Shown here: piece by piece, positions 41,201 to 51,262 of the stretch | Position numbering within the stretch: the stretch's first letter is position 1 | How the letters are laid out: every line of letters begins with the position of its first letter | DNA from: an uncultured virus (IMG/VR IMGVR_UViG_3300025120_000026) | Lineage: Duplodnaviria > Heunggongvirae > Uroviricota > Caudoviricetes | Reading direction: 5' to 3' (one strand) | DNA: 64,000 nt | IMG/VR virus record: IMGVR_UViG_3300025120_000026 | Notes under the pieces: generated by a model | What the model was told of the DNA's origin: nothing | Database searches by the model: none | Seen by the model: only the letters and a program-made list of their open reading frames with translations | Made by a program: the position numbers and the translations under genes

Positions 41201-42195
41201 ATATTGTTGTTGGTGATATTCTTTATACTCATACTGGTTATTTAGTTGGTAAAGTTACTGCTATAGGTAATGGAAATAATACTGCTAATCAATCTGTAAC
41301 GGGCAATAGAATTACAGTAGAAAAACTATTTTATACTCCGCAGGTTGGTGATGAATTTGTAACAGTAAATCAAAAAACATTTATTAGTACATTAAATTTT
41401 CAAAATTTAGATACTTTATCTGCTTTAAATGTTTTATCAAATAGTAAAGATTTAGAATATAGTATAAATAATGGTAAAGTAATTACTCGTAATATAAGTG
41501 ATATTAAAAAATTAAGAAAATTTTCAATTAATTATAGAGAAAGTGAAAGATTAATTTCTGTTGAAAACAATGTTAGTATGTTTGACAAAGCAAATAAAGT
41601 AATTGTTATAGGAGACAGAGTAACTTATACCGCAGAAATACCACATAAAGGTAATACTAAAGTTATAAAACATATAAGCCCATCTATAAAAACTAAAAGT
41701 GAAGCACAACTAAAGGCTAATAAAATACTTGCAACTCATAATTCTGATTCTAGAAAAATTAATTTAAAAATTCAAAAGAAAGGTTTAGAATTACTAACAG
41801 CAGGAGATGTTGTTAATTTAAATTTCCCCGAACATAATATCCCTAATGCTGATTATAGAGTTTTTGAAATAGAAAATATATTAGCAGGAGTTTTAGAAAT
41901 TACTGTAGGTACTTTTAATAAATCTATAGCAGAAAGACTAACTGAAATTAAGTTACAACAAAGGGAAGACGCTATCTCAACTTCTAGTAAAGATTCTGTA
42001 AATACCACAACAGGTAAATATTTATTTGATGCGATAAATATAAATCAAATATCATTCGGTTACACTATATCCACTCCTATAGGAGCAAGTTCAAATCTTG
42101 GTTTTGGAGATTCAATTGGAATATTAGAAACAATAGGAATACAAACTGGTACAGAGATTATTAAAACATATAATGAAGAATATTATGAACAATAG
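35212..42195 (+). CDS. Giant tail-tip hub protein (2327 aa)
   Basis: VFTGRIEDI..ILGRD and C-terminal NKVIVIGD..EAQLKANKIL..LTAGDVV hub-like motifs with large insertions; GTG start after GGTGA. Confidence 0.65.
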   Translation: MTDGRIVYPVATGIPTTSMNGFGYHQAYAEFDTGLAFRNVSVNPTLYSVNLNRENGTSSNSFVNSMVCTEIRNTSYGGSISNDSPTTIGNRILPINSTLDSYATNHLTTSSHKIKTFDGGTASETNRKFLYSTSNYPSTGEVGLDIDNYDYFILLNPEIITVGTDTIRPHFAKIERIISFDVFGDGLEFYPKYPTSIPVGTNFEIFKGPAKTDTSVVAVSYGLRGDNASSTDKYDVVNTVSLPTFYFYEDRLDTPNQLDYHEKYTLTSFRWWSSPYIIALATTVGGYAQFNRGTTSKYFTISNTNYAKVEEGMSLFTNNNVHVGNIEKKYGSAGAYRIYLDFARVAISATSSSVNYKIGRTAQNIVFMTESKFNNTITNIGMQKIDATLVDEYLNEDIAHTNYVDAYTDTGNSNSVNPTRWQYIFPNAKRSTVDIKWGTTTSSSLIETTLDGKLTGPNKYITFEKSQYENDKIPFVHSVILNKTHNQLSQLGRVTVLDSAGLSHKTLKEDNVLSLRNAIYNDSLVLKELDGHVSKTSNTLITMTFDKENGDLQSFLGNQDIVQIDGYHYVINSINNKSNNTQTFSVIANKLITANTWTTTTSIHEFDKQKMFTTPITRNAYVNYTFEADTAVNHLRNNLVTINGFSSTKVKSRMYGTRMVSNSFPKNLNEIEFADKNNRYAKILDVSRKFYQPTNISRLYYYNGAYAITEEVFTGRIEDITSTQQNGLMSYEILGRDDTSKFITDVTNSNLSTSTDIICASIPPKTEFTTISTSSVSISGSTLTLSGVNQSTSGGHVPRKYWLYVDSNGQLIGEVSSASVSGTTNSTVTITLSHPALVSSASNVKYFRPLEDGNYISTLKTLSHNKLLTDSVSDSSSFIEQGLVFEKGFTYNYRETTDAANSNTGSTPTPSNLFNSSNTGSIDVDGTLGYDINSPIRAGINDSHYAFKLGDENGISITNNNISTQNAETFNIVDINTKEENETIIYIAPNFPMVLGRIENNTLDSRTTRSVYLINNNINNGGFLHRLTDTHTNQYTPKDTIRFWDIQKFTEGTLTQTQTSIYNQGKTQQKIQGYGIASGIRADGTLYDVAVSLTNSPINGSNTLDGWNYLNTFYGHAQNKLIKSYPYQVGSNWYEADIDYDAFKQIDPRTVPLELFVTGDIYPNSQLRWNHMFHFSELYNAHPFSDYGLLLESKHNTSDIVTNHLNYTGSTQQTLITENEFESMTIKSSPQSPTNMKRWGVIRLVEATYDWHFNPVEFDALKESKDIPTLPYFDYIMMDKPSLETDSHDMTLNNLSSNVRLSSTDIGSGTLGGDVYYTTDFIGVNTSETVAIENAVKINGFLGVKQHGTWSGTATDQQWNGNSSNHTGSTTSFDSVLTFQGYDDGSAVGYYGVKNFPLFRNTNFLIDKLSTPTLSSANSLRTARITGSHNIRFTDVILPSPMTSLTNFTYGGKLRDGSSSTDHAFDGHNIILPIIPRAYNGGNANNTLGRRFSPFHHPDSWYGQDTNFLHTSRVIAALVDRTFNEGSNITIADKYGLGITSNGASQGIAHLYDNCIGVFKDVQLAVTGSKGRKPNINVNSIMSSPLELDTVSRYNAYEAGLSSNAHESQHTRNLMIDDKDTDKAMIGTKSSGIHFLEGTFDDLSSEFAKNNAKEDTGGNLDSNFGTVASAQFIVKPMFDLTAVSSTLVFSNNNKTVTFTHSAISKHIWLSFVPNLTGQYIVSEKLNGGNTIRTQSLDGSPLFIAKILSHTVSVAPSTSALETHVIIFDTAIDVSANGTKYRVMKISETTFNEVKEKIEFNVLNNNLVNFADFKFGKGVSDDGDFSRVETVYDMYLLLDVDTINTYIERRTIDTVNDSFTNGEVLDVYVTDGVTSSRHNMTVNTNRNTIGRDTEVGLSFKFGDVLNGNGVVSFSKVVKLRLEGRPKLKEIEKCHIGSTFKIGTNVDTFLEKIVNNSGLNFDHSNSFTTETGNIFEVQGDDGDLGIHVRKLNCYESVSNIVVGDILYTHTGYLVGKVTAIGNGNNTANQSVTGNRITVEKLFYTPQVGDEFVTVNQKTFISTLNFQNLDTLSALNVLSNSKDLEYSINNGKVITRNISDIKKLRKFSINYRESERLISVENNVSMFDKANKVIVIGDRVTYTAEIPHKGNTKVIKHISPSIKTKSEAQLKANKILATHNSDSRKINLKIQKKGLELLTAGDVVNLNFPEHNIPNADYRVFEIENILAGVLEITVGTFNKSIAERLTEIKLQQREDAISTSSKDSVNTTTGKYLFDAININQISFGYTISTPIGASSNLGFGDSIGILETIGIQTGTEIIKTYNEEYYEQ

Positions 42196-42206
42196 GTGAT
42201 AAATAA

Positions 42207-42545
42207 ATGATAGTAAATGCAGGAAAAGTAGATATAGCAACCTCCTATATTAAGGCTAATTATACAGTGATAAAGATAGGAAATGGAAGAGATGATACTG
42301 CCGCAAGTCAGTTTGCATTAGATTCAGTAGTACACACTAAAACTGGTCAGACTCCTAGTATAATTGGTAGTTCTATTGTATGGGTTGTAGATATTACTGG
42401 AACAGATATTGGAAGCACTGGAGTTTCCGAACTTGGAATATTTCATACTAACGGAACATTACTAAGCAGGACTTCCTTCCCCAATACAGGTGTGGTTGCT
42501 TCAAATGACACAGTTACATTTACAATACAAGTAGAGGTTAATTAA
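42207..42545 (+). CDS. Small tail protein resembling tail-collar/fibre-anchor domains
   Basis: IKIGNG..ASQFAL and SELGIF..GTLLSR pattern. Confidence 0.55.
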   Translation: MIVNAGKVDIATSYIKANYTVIKIGNGRDDTAASQFALDSVVHTKTGQTPSIIGSSIVWVVDITGTDIGSTGVSELGIFHTNGTLLSRTSFPNTGVVASNDTVTFTIQVEVN

Positions 42546-42546
42546 A

Positions 42547-45500
42547 ATGACAGACCAAAATAATTCAGGATTCATTAGTACTTTCTCTTCTTCAGGAACT
42601 AATAGTGTTAGACTTACAGATGAAACAGATAGTATACATAGTGCCATAATTGCTTCTTTAAATATCGCTACGGGTGAAAATAGGGTAATTAGTGGGTTTA
42701 CAATTACTCAAGGTTCAACAGGTGGGTATACTACTTATGCAGTATCCACAGGTAAAGTTCTTAGAAATGGATTATTGGTAACTGTTAGTGCGGCTACTGA
42801 TAGTCCTAATACAATAGTAAATTCTTCTTTTGACCATTATTCTGTATTAGTAGTTGATTCTAGTAATTCCCTACAAATACGAGATGGTGCTAAATCAGGA
42901 TTTAGTGTTTCTACTGTTTCTGCATTATCGGCTGGAGATATACCTGTTGCTACTATTAAATACATTAAAACTTCATCAAATAGTGCAACCGATAGACCTG
43001 TACAATGGTTAGGATATACACAAACAACTAGAGGAATAAGTATTATTAATAGTAATGCCGAAACAGTTAGAATTAATGCAAATGGAACATTGACTAAAGG
43101 TTCTGCTACTATTACATTACCTACTGCTACAGGAACATTAGCAACTACGGATGGAGTAAATCTAGCAATAAATGCTATAGATACTGCAAATATACAGGCA
43201 AATGCAATTACTACAGCAAAAATTACAGATGGCAATATTACTACTGCAAAAATTGCTAATGACGCAGTTACTTATGCTAAGATGCAAAACTTGGGAACTG
43301 CTAATAGAGTATTAGGTTCTACTGGCGCAGGGGCAATTGGAGAAACACAAATTGTTACTGCTATGATTGCTAGTGATGCAGTAACAGTTGATAAAATAGC
43401 AGACAACTCTATAGGTAATGCTCAACTTTCTTCTAATGCAGTAACAGTTGGTAAAATAATAAATAATGCAATTACTACGGCTAAAATTTCTAACGGTGCA
43501 ATAACAGTTGACAAAATTAATGGTATCACTAATTTTGGTAGTGGAATTATAATGACTAATGCTGAAAGAACGAAACTTTCAGGCATTACTGCTGATGCAG
43601 ATGTTGTTTCTGCTGATACTGTTAAAACTGTACTTAGTGGAACTTTAGGAAATTTTACTATTGGGGATACTGGTACACATATGGCGACCTTTACAGGTGG
43701 AGTAACAGTAGGTGGAGATTTAATAGTTAGTGGGACAACTACCACAGTTAATTCAGGAACTATAAATCTTGCAGATAATTTTATTACATTAAATAGTGAT
43801 ATTACTGGTACTGCTAATAGTGTAGCATTTGATTCAGGTATAGAAGTTGAAAGAGGAGACAGTACAAATGTTTTCTTAAAATGGGATGAATCATCAGATA
43901 AATGGCAGTTTACAAATGATGGAAGTACATATTATAATATGACAATACCATCTGACTATGCTCATGCTACTATTGATGCAGTTACGAACATAGATACTAG
44001 TGGCGCAGTTATAGTTGATTCTATAACAACAAATGCTACTGGTCATGTTACGGCTATGGGAACTAGAACTCTTTCATTATCCGACTTAAGTTATACAGGT
44101 ACTACTGATGCTAATACATATGTTCACCCTAATCATACTGGGGATGTAACATCTAGTGCTGATGGTGCTACAACAATAGGAACAAGTAAAGTTACTACTG
44201 CTAAAATAAATGATGGGGCTGTTACTGCGGTTAAGATTGTAAGTAATGCGGTTACTACGGCTAAAATTAATAATGGGGCTATTACAAATGTAAAGGTTGC
44301 AAGTAATGCTGATATCGACCAAAGTAAAATTGCAGGTCTATCTACTTCATTAGGTGGTAAAGAACCTAGTCTTACTATTGCAGATGGTTTAACTAGAACA
44401 GGAGCATCCTTAAAAATTAATATTAATGGTGCTAGTGGTTTAGGATTAGAAACGGGTATTGATAGAACTGCTGATTTTATAATGTTTGATGACGGTTCAA
44501 TAACTTCAGGCAATCCATTAAGAAGGGCTAGTATAGCAAATATATTTGATAAGTTAGTTGCAAGTGATATACCTAATCTTGGCGCATCTAAAATTACAAA
44601 TGGAACATTCGCAACTAATAGGATAGCAGACAGCGCAATAACATATGCTAAGATGCAAAATGTTTCAACAACAAATATAATACTTGGAAGAGATAGTGCT
44701 AATGCAGGTGTGATAGAAGAAATAACTCCTGCAAATCTAAGAACAATGATTAACGTTGCAGATGGAGCAGAAGTAAATGTTAATGCAAATTGGGCCTCAA
44801 GTAGTGGGGATTCTTTCATAGAAAACAAACCAACAATACCAAGTGGTAATCAAATTTTAGATTGGACTACTAATACAGGTACTACTATCAATCCAAGTAA
44901 TTATACTAATACTACTTATTCTGTTGGCAATGGAGGTTTAACTGAACTTAATTTTACAACTGCTAGAAGTAATAAGTTAGATAATATTGCTCCTAATGCT
45001 AATAATTTTTCACTTACTTCAGGTGCAGTAACTAACGACCATTTAGCAGGTTCTATTGCACAAAGTAAAATTTCAGGATTAAGTACTTCTTTAGGAGATA
45101 TGGTTACTGATTTAAATGACTTAAGTATAACTGCTACTGCGGCTGAACTAAATAAATTAAGTGGTGTTCCTGCTAATCTAAGTAGTAGTCATTTAGGTTA
45201 TTTAGTTGGTTTATCATCTAATATACAAGCACAATTAGATAAAAAATTAGACGGTGATGAAATTCAAGGATATTCAATGAGTGCATCAATGAATAATACT
45301 AATACTCATGCGATATTAAAACTTACAGATGTTTCAGGGGGAAGTACTCATGTTGACATAGATGGAGGTTTATCAATAAATACTAGTGTTGTGAATGGTA
45401 AATTAATATTATCTTCTCCTACTGCCGTTACAGGATTAGCAGTTGTAAATGGATTAATAACATTAACTCATAGTGATGGGACAACTAAAACTGCTATTAT

Positions 45501-48500
45501 TCCTGATGCTACAACTGATGCACATGGTTTAATGACTGATACACAGTTTGATAAATTATCTAGTATTGAAGCATCTGCAACGGCTGACCAAACTGCTAGT
45601 GAGATTATTACATTATTAAACGGTGTAGCATCATATACTTTAGGAACAAGTAGTGGTACTATTACGGTAGGAGATAACTTAACAGTTACAGGCGACTTAC
45701 TCGTTAGCGGAGATACAGTTACAGTTAATACTGCAACTTTAGATGTAGAAGATTTAAACATTACAGTTGGAAAAGCGGCTACTACTTCATCTGCGGCCAA
45801 CGGAGCAGGTTTAACTTTTGGTGCTTGGTCTTCCGGTACTACCCCTACATTAATATGGAGTAATCCAAACACTAGATTAGAAATTAATAAGTCTCTTTAT
45901 TCTAGTGGTGGGTTTGTAGGTGCTTTAACAGGAAATGTAAGTGGTTCTTCCGGTTCAACCACAGGTAATGCGGCTACTGTAACTAATGGAGTTTATACTA
46001 CTGGTAATCAAACTATTGCCGGAGTAAAAACATTGTCTAGTTATATGGTTCTTACAGGAGATACTACTGCCGCTCCTGCTGATTTAACATCAGTTCACTT
46101 AGGAGAAGACGGAGGACAATTAGAAGTTAGAACTCAATATGGTACAATACAAATAGGAAGTACTAGTCCTAGTTGGAATCATATAGAAGGAAGTCAAACA
46201 AGATTTTACTTTAATCAACCCCTTATTGTAAATACAAGTTCTGCTCATGGAACACTTTCATCATATAGTGACGAAGATTTAGTACTAAGTACGCAAAGTG
46301 GTACTAGCAAACGCATGACTATAAAACAAGATACAGGTAATGTAGGAATAGGCACTACAAGTCCTTCTACTAAACTACAAGTTAGTGGTACTGTAACTGC
46401 AACTGCATTTGCAGGGCCATTAACAGGAAACGTAACAGGTACTGCCACAAAGATTGCTTCTATAACGAATAGCAACATAGTGCAATTAGCGGCTGTTCAA
46501 ACTCTAACTGACAAAACAATTAATGCAAGTCATAACACTTTAAGTAATATTACTAATACTTCTTTAAGTAATAGTACTATTACTATTGATGGAAGTGCTA
46601 TTCCATTAGGAGGTAGTATTTCCACTACTAATACACAATTAACAACTGAAGCAGTTGAAGATATTGTAGGTAATATGTTTGCTTCTAATACTGAAACTAG
46701 AATTAGTGCATCCTATGTAGATAATGGAGCAGGAGCAGGTAAAATTAATCTCGTTGTAGATGACATGACCGCTAATGATAATACATTTAGAACTGTAACA
46801 GCAGGGGGAAATACATTAGATTCTACTGAAACATTAGCCTTTACTGCCGGAACAGGAATTACTATTGCTGAAACTGATGGTGCAGTAACAATTACTAATT
46901 CTGTTACTAACACTAACACTCAATTATCACAAGCACAAGTAGAAGATTTTGCAGGTGGGTTGTTTACAGGAAATACTGAAACATTCATTACTGCTACATA
47001 CCAAACAGGAGATAATACAGTAGATTTAGTTGTTCCAGTATTAGATGAAGATAACTTTTCTTCTAATTCTGCTTCTCATCTTGCTACTCAACAATCAATA
47101 GTAGCATATGTTGGAACTCAAATTTCAAATCTTGTTGATTCATCTCCTAGTGCATTAAATACTCTAAACGAATTAGCGGCGGCTCTTGGAGATGATGCTT
47201 CTTTCTCCACTACTACTGCTACATCATTAGGAAATAGATTGAGAGTAGATGCTAATCAAAGTCTAGACGCAACTCAGCAAGGAAGAGGACTAACAAATTT
47301 AGGAATTACTGCTTCTCTTGCTGAGATTAATATCTTAAATGGAGGATTAGCGGCTTCTAATATACCTGCTTTAGCAACAAGTAAAATTACTTCCGGTACA
47401 TTTGCAAATGCTAGAATTGCAGAATCAAATGTAACTCAACATTTAGCAGTAGGTTCAAATGGAGGTATTGGACTTTCAGGTAAAACATTTTCACTAGATA
47501 TAGATGGTATGACTGACATTGGTGCGGCTTTAGTAGATGCTGACTTAATGATAGTTGATGATGGTGCAGGTGGAACAAACAGAAAGGCTACATTGTCTAG
47601 GCTAAAGACATATATGCAAAATGGTCTTTCTTTTACAAATAATTCAGATACAACTTATACAGCAGGTACAGGACTTGACCTTAGTGGAACTACATTTAGT
47701 GTAGATGTATCTGACTTTATGGCTAATGGTGCAAATAATAGAATCTTAACTGCAACAGGTGCAGATGCAATGACAGGTGAATCAACTTTTACTTATGACG
47801 GAACAAACTTAAAATTAGCATCTGCAACTCCTAGAATATATCTTAGTGATACAGATAACTCTTCGGGAAGTAATGATGGTAATTCACTATTACTGACTAA
47901 ATCCGGTTCTATTTCCTACTTGTATGACCGACAAGCAAATAGTAAATTGTATCTTGGTGCGGCAGATGACTCTGACATAATGATAATTGATGGGGCAAAT
48001 GCTAGAGTTGGAATAGGTACTACTGCTCCCGATACTAAACTTCATGTCGAGGGTAGTGTGTTAATTGATGCTTATACAGAAGGTGCAGGTGCAGGTCTGT
48101 ACTTCCGTGAAGGATTCTTAAACACTAATCAACCTTCAATTACAGTACAAGACCATAATGGTTCTAATCCCGATGGACTTGCTATATCTGCTTATGATGG
48201 AATATCGTTTAGACTTAATGCAGTTGAAAAAATGAGGATTGATTCTACTGGTAAAGTTGGAATAGGAACTGCAAGTCCTTCTACTAAACTTCATCTTTCG
48301 GATGCGGCTGAAGTAGCATTGAGTGTTGATTCATCCCATATAACAGGTTCACAGATTAGTCTTGCGGCAACTGCAACGGGTGGTAGTGAATGGAGACTAA
48401 TTTCTACGGCTAACAATGCAGGAACAACAGACGGAAGGGGAGCATTTGGTCTGTATAACATAAATGGTAGTAGTAACGGGTATAAATTTGTTGTCGAAGG

Positions 48501-50313
48501 AACAACAGGCCATGTAGGAATAGGAACTGCAACTCCTTCTGAAATGTTGCACGTTGAAAGTGCTGATGAAGTATTAGGATTATTCAAATCAACAGATGCA
48601 GGGGCAGGAATAAAAATAGATACTCCTGACGATGGTTATGCTGTAGTATTCTTTGCAGAAGCAGGTACTAACAAATGGAGTCTAGGTAAGTTAGCAAGTA
48701 ATTCAGATAGATTTTCTATCTATGATGAAGTAAATAATACTCCTAGATTAGTTGTTGGTACGGATGGTAAGATTGGTATCGGGGATAGTAACCCATTAGC
48801 GTTATTACATCTTGAGTTTAGTGGTGGAGATACTACGGATTTTGCAAATACAAATGAAACATATCGTAACATGGTTTTACTTAGAAACAATACAGTAGCG
48901 ACTAATTCATTTACAGGTATAGCATTCGACATTAGCACAGAAACAGACTTTGATTCTATTAGTGCTTCAATAGCGGCAGTAAGAGATACAAGTGCAGGTT
49001 CTACTGCGGGTCTTCACGATGCTAATTTAGTATTCTCTACTAATGATTCTACTATGGGTAGTGGTTCAAATGAGGCAGATGATGGTAATACTGAAAGAAT
49101 GAGAATAACTCATGATGGTAAAGTCGGAATAGGAGTATCTGACCCCGCTTACAGTTTAGAAATTAAATCAACTTCTAGTGCATATGCTCAAATTACTACC
49201 GGAAATAACTCAGATTATGGTGGATTATTATTTGGAGATTCGGATGCTAATGCAGTTGGCAGAATTCAATATCGTCATACAGATAACAGGATGACATTCT
49301 ACACAAATGGGTCAGAAAAGATGAGAATTACTTCTGCGGGTAATGTTGGAATAGGAACTACTGCTCCTACATTTCCACTTCATGTTAAATACACAGATAA
49401 CAGAACTGACCCACAAGGTAGTGGTTCAAGTTCCGGTGCAGGTGCTATCGGGGCTAACTCTCAAGGTGGTGGAGTATATGTTGAAAATTTATCTACTACT
49501 AACGGAGCATGGAGTGGAATTACATTTAGAACTGGTTCTGCTGATGGAAGAATTGCCTACAAATATTTAGGGTCAGTTAATGAAGGCTCTATGAGTTTCT
49601 TTGTTGATTGTAATGAAACAGGTAATAGTCAACTTACATCAGAAGAAGTTTTGAGATTAAAAAGCGGAGGTTCAAGTGCGGCTCAAGCATTTTCTAGTGT
49701 AGATTTACCTCTTGATAATACAAAATTAAGATTTGGTGCAAGTCAAGACTTATCTATTTATCACGATGGTTCTAACTCTTACATAGATGAAGAAGGAACT
49801 GGTTCTTTAATCATTAACTCAAGTCAAGTTGCAATAAAGAGTGGTGCAGATGCCGCAGAAAATATGGCTACTTTTATTACAGATGGTGCAGTAACTCTTT
49901 ATCATAATAATGTGGCTAAGTTTGCAACAAGTGCTAATGGTGCTACAGTAACAGGAACATTATCTGCTACAACATTAGCCGCTACAAGTAAATCATTCGT
50001 TATTCCTCATCCAACTAAAGAAGGAAAAATACTAAGACATGGTTCTCTTGAAGGGCCGGAACATGGTGTATATGTTAGAGGAACATTACAAGATAGTGGT
50101 GTAATTGAACTACCTGATTATTGGTTAGGATTAGTAGATGAAGATACTATAACAGTACAACTTACTGGTAAAGGTAGATTTCAAAGATTATATGTTGACA
50201 AGATAGAAGATAATAAAATCTATGTTGAAAATGAAAAGATGCATTCTATTAACTGTTATTACTTTGTACAAGCAGAGAGAAAAGATATTGATAAGATGGT
50301 GGTGGAGTATTAA
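42547..50313 (+). CDS. Long tail fibre (2588 aa)
   Basis: A(I/V)TxAKI repeats, many (N/K)VGIGT..P repeats, SALNTLNELAAALGDD module, C-terminal KSFVIPHP..HGSLEGPE chaperone-like domain. Confidence 0.85.
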   Translation: MTDQNNSGFISTFSSSGTNSVRLTDETDSIHSAIIASLNIATGENRVISGFTITQGSTGGYTTYAVSTGKVLRNGLLVTVSAATDSPNTIVNSSFDHYSVLVVDSSNSLQIRDGAKSGFSVSTVSALSAGDIPVATIKYIKTSSNSATDRPVQWLGYTQTTRGISIINSNAETVRINANGTLTKGSATITLPTATGTLATTDGVNLAINAIDTANIQANAITTAKITDGNITTAKIANDAVTYAKMQNLGTANRVLGSTGAGAIGETQIVTAMIASDAVTVDKIADNSIGNAQLSSNAVTVGKIINNAITTAKISNGAITVDKINGITNFGSGIIMTNAERTKLSGITADADVVSADTVKTVLSGTLGNFTIGDTGTHMATFTGGVTVGGDLIVSGTTTTVNSGTINLADNFITLNSDITGTANSVAFDSGIEVERGDSTNVFLKWDESSDKWQFTNDGSTYYNMTIPSDYAHATIDAVTNIDTSGAVIVDSITTNATGHVTAMGTRTLSLSDLSYTGTTDANTYVHPNHTGDVTSSADGATTIGTSKVTTAKINDGAVTAVKIVSNAVTTAKINNGAITNVKVASNADIDQSKIAGLSTSLGGKEPSLTIADGLTRTGASLKININGASGLGLETGIDRTADFIMFDDGSITSGNPLRRASIANIFDKLVASDIPNLGASKITNGTFATNRIADSAITYAKMQNVSTTNIILGRDSANAGVIEEITPANLRTMINVADGAEVNVNANWASSSGDSFIENKPTIPSGNQILDWTTNTGTTINPSNYTNTTYSVGNGGLTELNFTTARSNKLDNIAPNANNFSLTSGAVTNDHLAGSIAQSKISGLSTSLGDMVTDLNDLSITATAAELNKLSGVPANLSSSHLGYLVGLSSNIQAQLDKKLDGDEIQGYSMSASMNNTNTHAILKLTDVSGGSTHVDIDGGLSINTSVVNGKLILSSPTAVTGLAVVNGLITLTHSDGTTKTAIIPDATTDAHGLMTDTQFDKLSSIEASATADQTASEIITLLNGVASYTLGTSSGTITVGDNLTVTGDLLVSGDTVTVNTATLDVEDLNITVGKAATTSSAANGAGLTFGAWSSGTTPTLIWSNPNTRLEINKSLYSSGGFVGALTGNVSGSSGSTTGNAATVTNGVYTTGNQTIAGVKTLSSYMVLTGDTTAAPADLTSVHLGEDGGQLEVRTQYGTIQIGSTSPSWNHIEGSQTRFYFNQPLIVNTSSAHGTLSSYSDEDLVLSTQSGTSKRMTIKQDTGNVGIGTTSPSTKLQVSGTVTATAFAGPLTGNVTGTATKIASITNSNIVQLAAVQTLTDKTINASHNTLSNITNTSLSNSTITIDGSAIPLGGSISTTNTQLTTEAVEDIVGNMFASNTETRISASYVDNGAGAGKINLVVDDMTANDNTFRTVTAGGNTLDSTETLAFTAGTGITIAETDGAVTITNSVTNTNTQLSQAQVEDFAGGLFTGNTETFITATYQTGDNTVDLVVPVLDEDNFSSNSASHLATQQSIVAYVGTQISNLVDSSPSALNTLNELAAALGDDASFSTTTATSLGNRLRVDANQSLDATQQGRGLTNLGITASLAEINILNGGLAASNIPALATSKITSGTFANARIAESNVTQHLAVGSNGGIGLSGKTFSLDIDGMTDIGAALVDADLMIVDDGAGGTNRKATLSRLKTYMQNGLSFTNNSDTTYTAGTGLDLSGTTFSVDVSDFMANGANNRILTATGADAMTGESTFTYDGTNLKLASATPRIYLSDTDNSSGSNDGNSLLLTKSGSISYLYDRQANSKLYLGAADDSDIMIIDGANARVGIGTTAPDTKLHVEGSVLIDAYTEGAGAGLYFREGFLNTNQPSITVQDHNGSNPDGLAISAYDGISFRLNAVEKMRIDSTGKVGIGTASPSTKLHLSDAAEVALSVDSSHITGSQISLAATATGGSEWRLISTANNAGTTDGRGAFGLYNINGSSNGYKFVVEGTTGHVGIGTATPSEMLHVESADEVLGLFKSTDAGAGIKIDTPDDGYAVVFFAEAGTNKWSLGKLASNSDRFSIYDEVNNTPRLVVGTDGKIGIGDSNPLALLHLEFSGGDTTDFANTNETYRNMVLLRNNTVATNSFTGIAFDISTETDFDSISASIAAVRDTSAGSTAGLHDANLVFSTNDSTMGSGSNEADDGNTERMRITHDGKVGIGVSDPAYSLEIKSTSSAYAQITTGNNSDYGGLLFGDSDANAVGRIQYRHTDNRMTFYTNGSEKMRITSAGNVGIGTTAPTFPLHVKYTDNRTDPQGSGSSSGAGAIGANSQGGGVYVENLSTTNGAWSGITFRTGSADGRIAYKYLGSVNEGSMSFFVDCNETGNSQLTSEEVLRLKSGGSSAAQAFSSVDLPLDNTKLRFGASQDLSIYHDGSNSYIDEEGTGSLIINSSQVAIKSGADAAENMATFITDGAVTLYHNNVAKFATSANGATVTGTLSATTLAATSKSFVIPHPTKEGKILRHGSLEGPEHGVYVRGTLQDSGVIELPDYWLGLVDEDTITVQLTGKGRFQRLYVDKIEDNKIYVENEKMHSINCYYFVQAERKDIDKMVVEY

Positions 50314-50996
50314 TGCACTATGGGCCAAAAGTAGTACAAGAACTAGAAGTTTGTATTGATGCTCTAAATCCTAAATCATTTTCTAGTGCTACTGATATAG
50401 CAGGGGGAAATAATACTTCTCTTGCTAATAGTCCAACTCATAGTACAGATGGCTATTTTACTTTTGATGGTGTTAATGAAGATTTAACTGTAACAAATAA
50501 TAGTTATCCTGCTACCTTTGCTGATGACTTTAGTTTAGAAGTTTGGATATATGTTCCTGCTAATGCAGATTGGTCTAATTCAGCAAGGTCTTCTATATTT
50601 ACAAGAGGGGGTTATGCAGGTTCACATGGAATATGGAGACACCCAGTTGATAATCTTGTAATAGCATGGGTTAGAAGTGGAAATACTTCTAAAGAAAGAG
50701 GTGTAAGTATTACTAGAGATGCTTGGCATAACATTATTATGACTTGGAAAAATGACACCCTTTTGGCAATATATAAAAATGGAGAATTAGGACAATCTTA
50801 TGACCCTAGTGATGTAACAGGTTTAGGAACTCCTGACCAACATGATTGGAAAATTTGTAGTAAACAAGCGGCTAGTGGTTCTCAAGGTCAATATTATGAA
50901 GGAAGATTGGCTATGGCTAGAATGTATAAGAAAGCATTAACTCCTGCTGAAGTTAAACAAAACTTTGATGCAAATAGAAAGAGGTTTGGATTATGA
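50313..50996 (+). CDS. LamG/concanavalin A-like protein 1
   Basis: FTFDG, FSLEVWI, WHNI, IYKNG, MYKKALT..EVKQNF. Confidence 0.8.
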   Translation: MHYGPKVVQELEVCIDALNPKSFSSATDIAGGNNTSLANSPTHSTDGYFTFDGVNEDLTVTNNSYPATFADDFSLEVWIYVPANADWSNSARSSIFTRGGYAGSHGIWRHPVDNLVIAWVRSGNTSKERGVSITRDAWHNIIMTWKNDTLLAIYKNGELGQSYDPSDVTGLGTPDQHDWKICSKQAASGSQGQYYEGRLAMARMYKKALTPAEVKQNFDANRKRFGL

Positions 50997-51262
50997 GAAA
51001 ATATATAATAATAAATACAAAAGACGTAGATTCAATTCTATTTGATAAAGTATTAGAAACTTCTAAAGATACATTACGTTATAGTAAGAATGGTAAAAAA
51101 ACATTTGTAAAATGGGAAGGAAGAAAACCTAATTTTATTTCTAAATTAAAGAATACAATTGGGCCATTAACTCATAAAGAAATAAAAGAAATATTAACTT
51201 ACCCTGAATGGCAAGGAGAAGAAGAACCTCTTCCAGTAGAAATAATAACAGAGGAAGAATAA
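50993..51262 (+). CDS. Hypothetical protein (89 aa), fibre-associated
   Basis: ATGA overlap; GAGG RBS. Confidence 0.65.
   Translation: MRKYIIINTKDVDSILFDKVLETSKDTLRYSKNGKKTFVKWEGRKPNFISKLKNTIGPLTHKEIKEILTYPEWQGEEEPLPVEIITEEE

Noticed and set aside
43180..44700. Repeated ACTGCTAAAAT-like sequences
   Set aside because: They encode the A(I/V)TxAKI fibre repeats; spacing and divergence fit protein repeats
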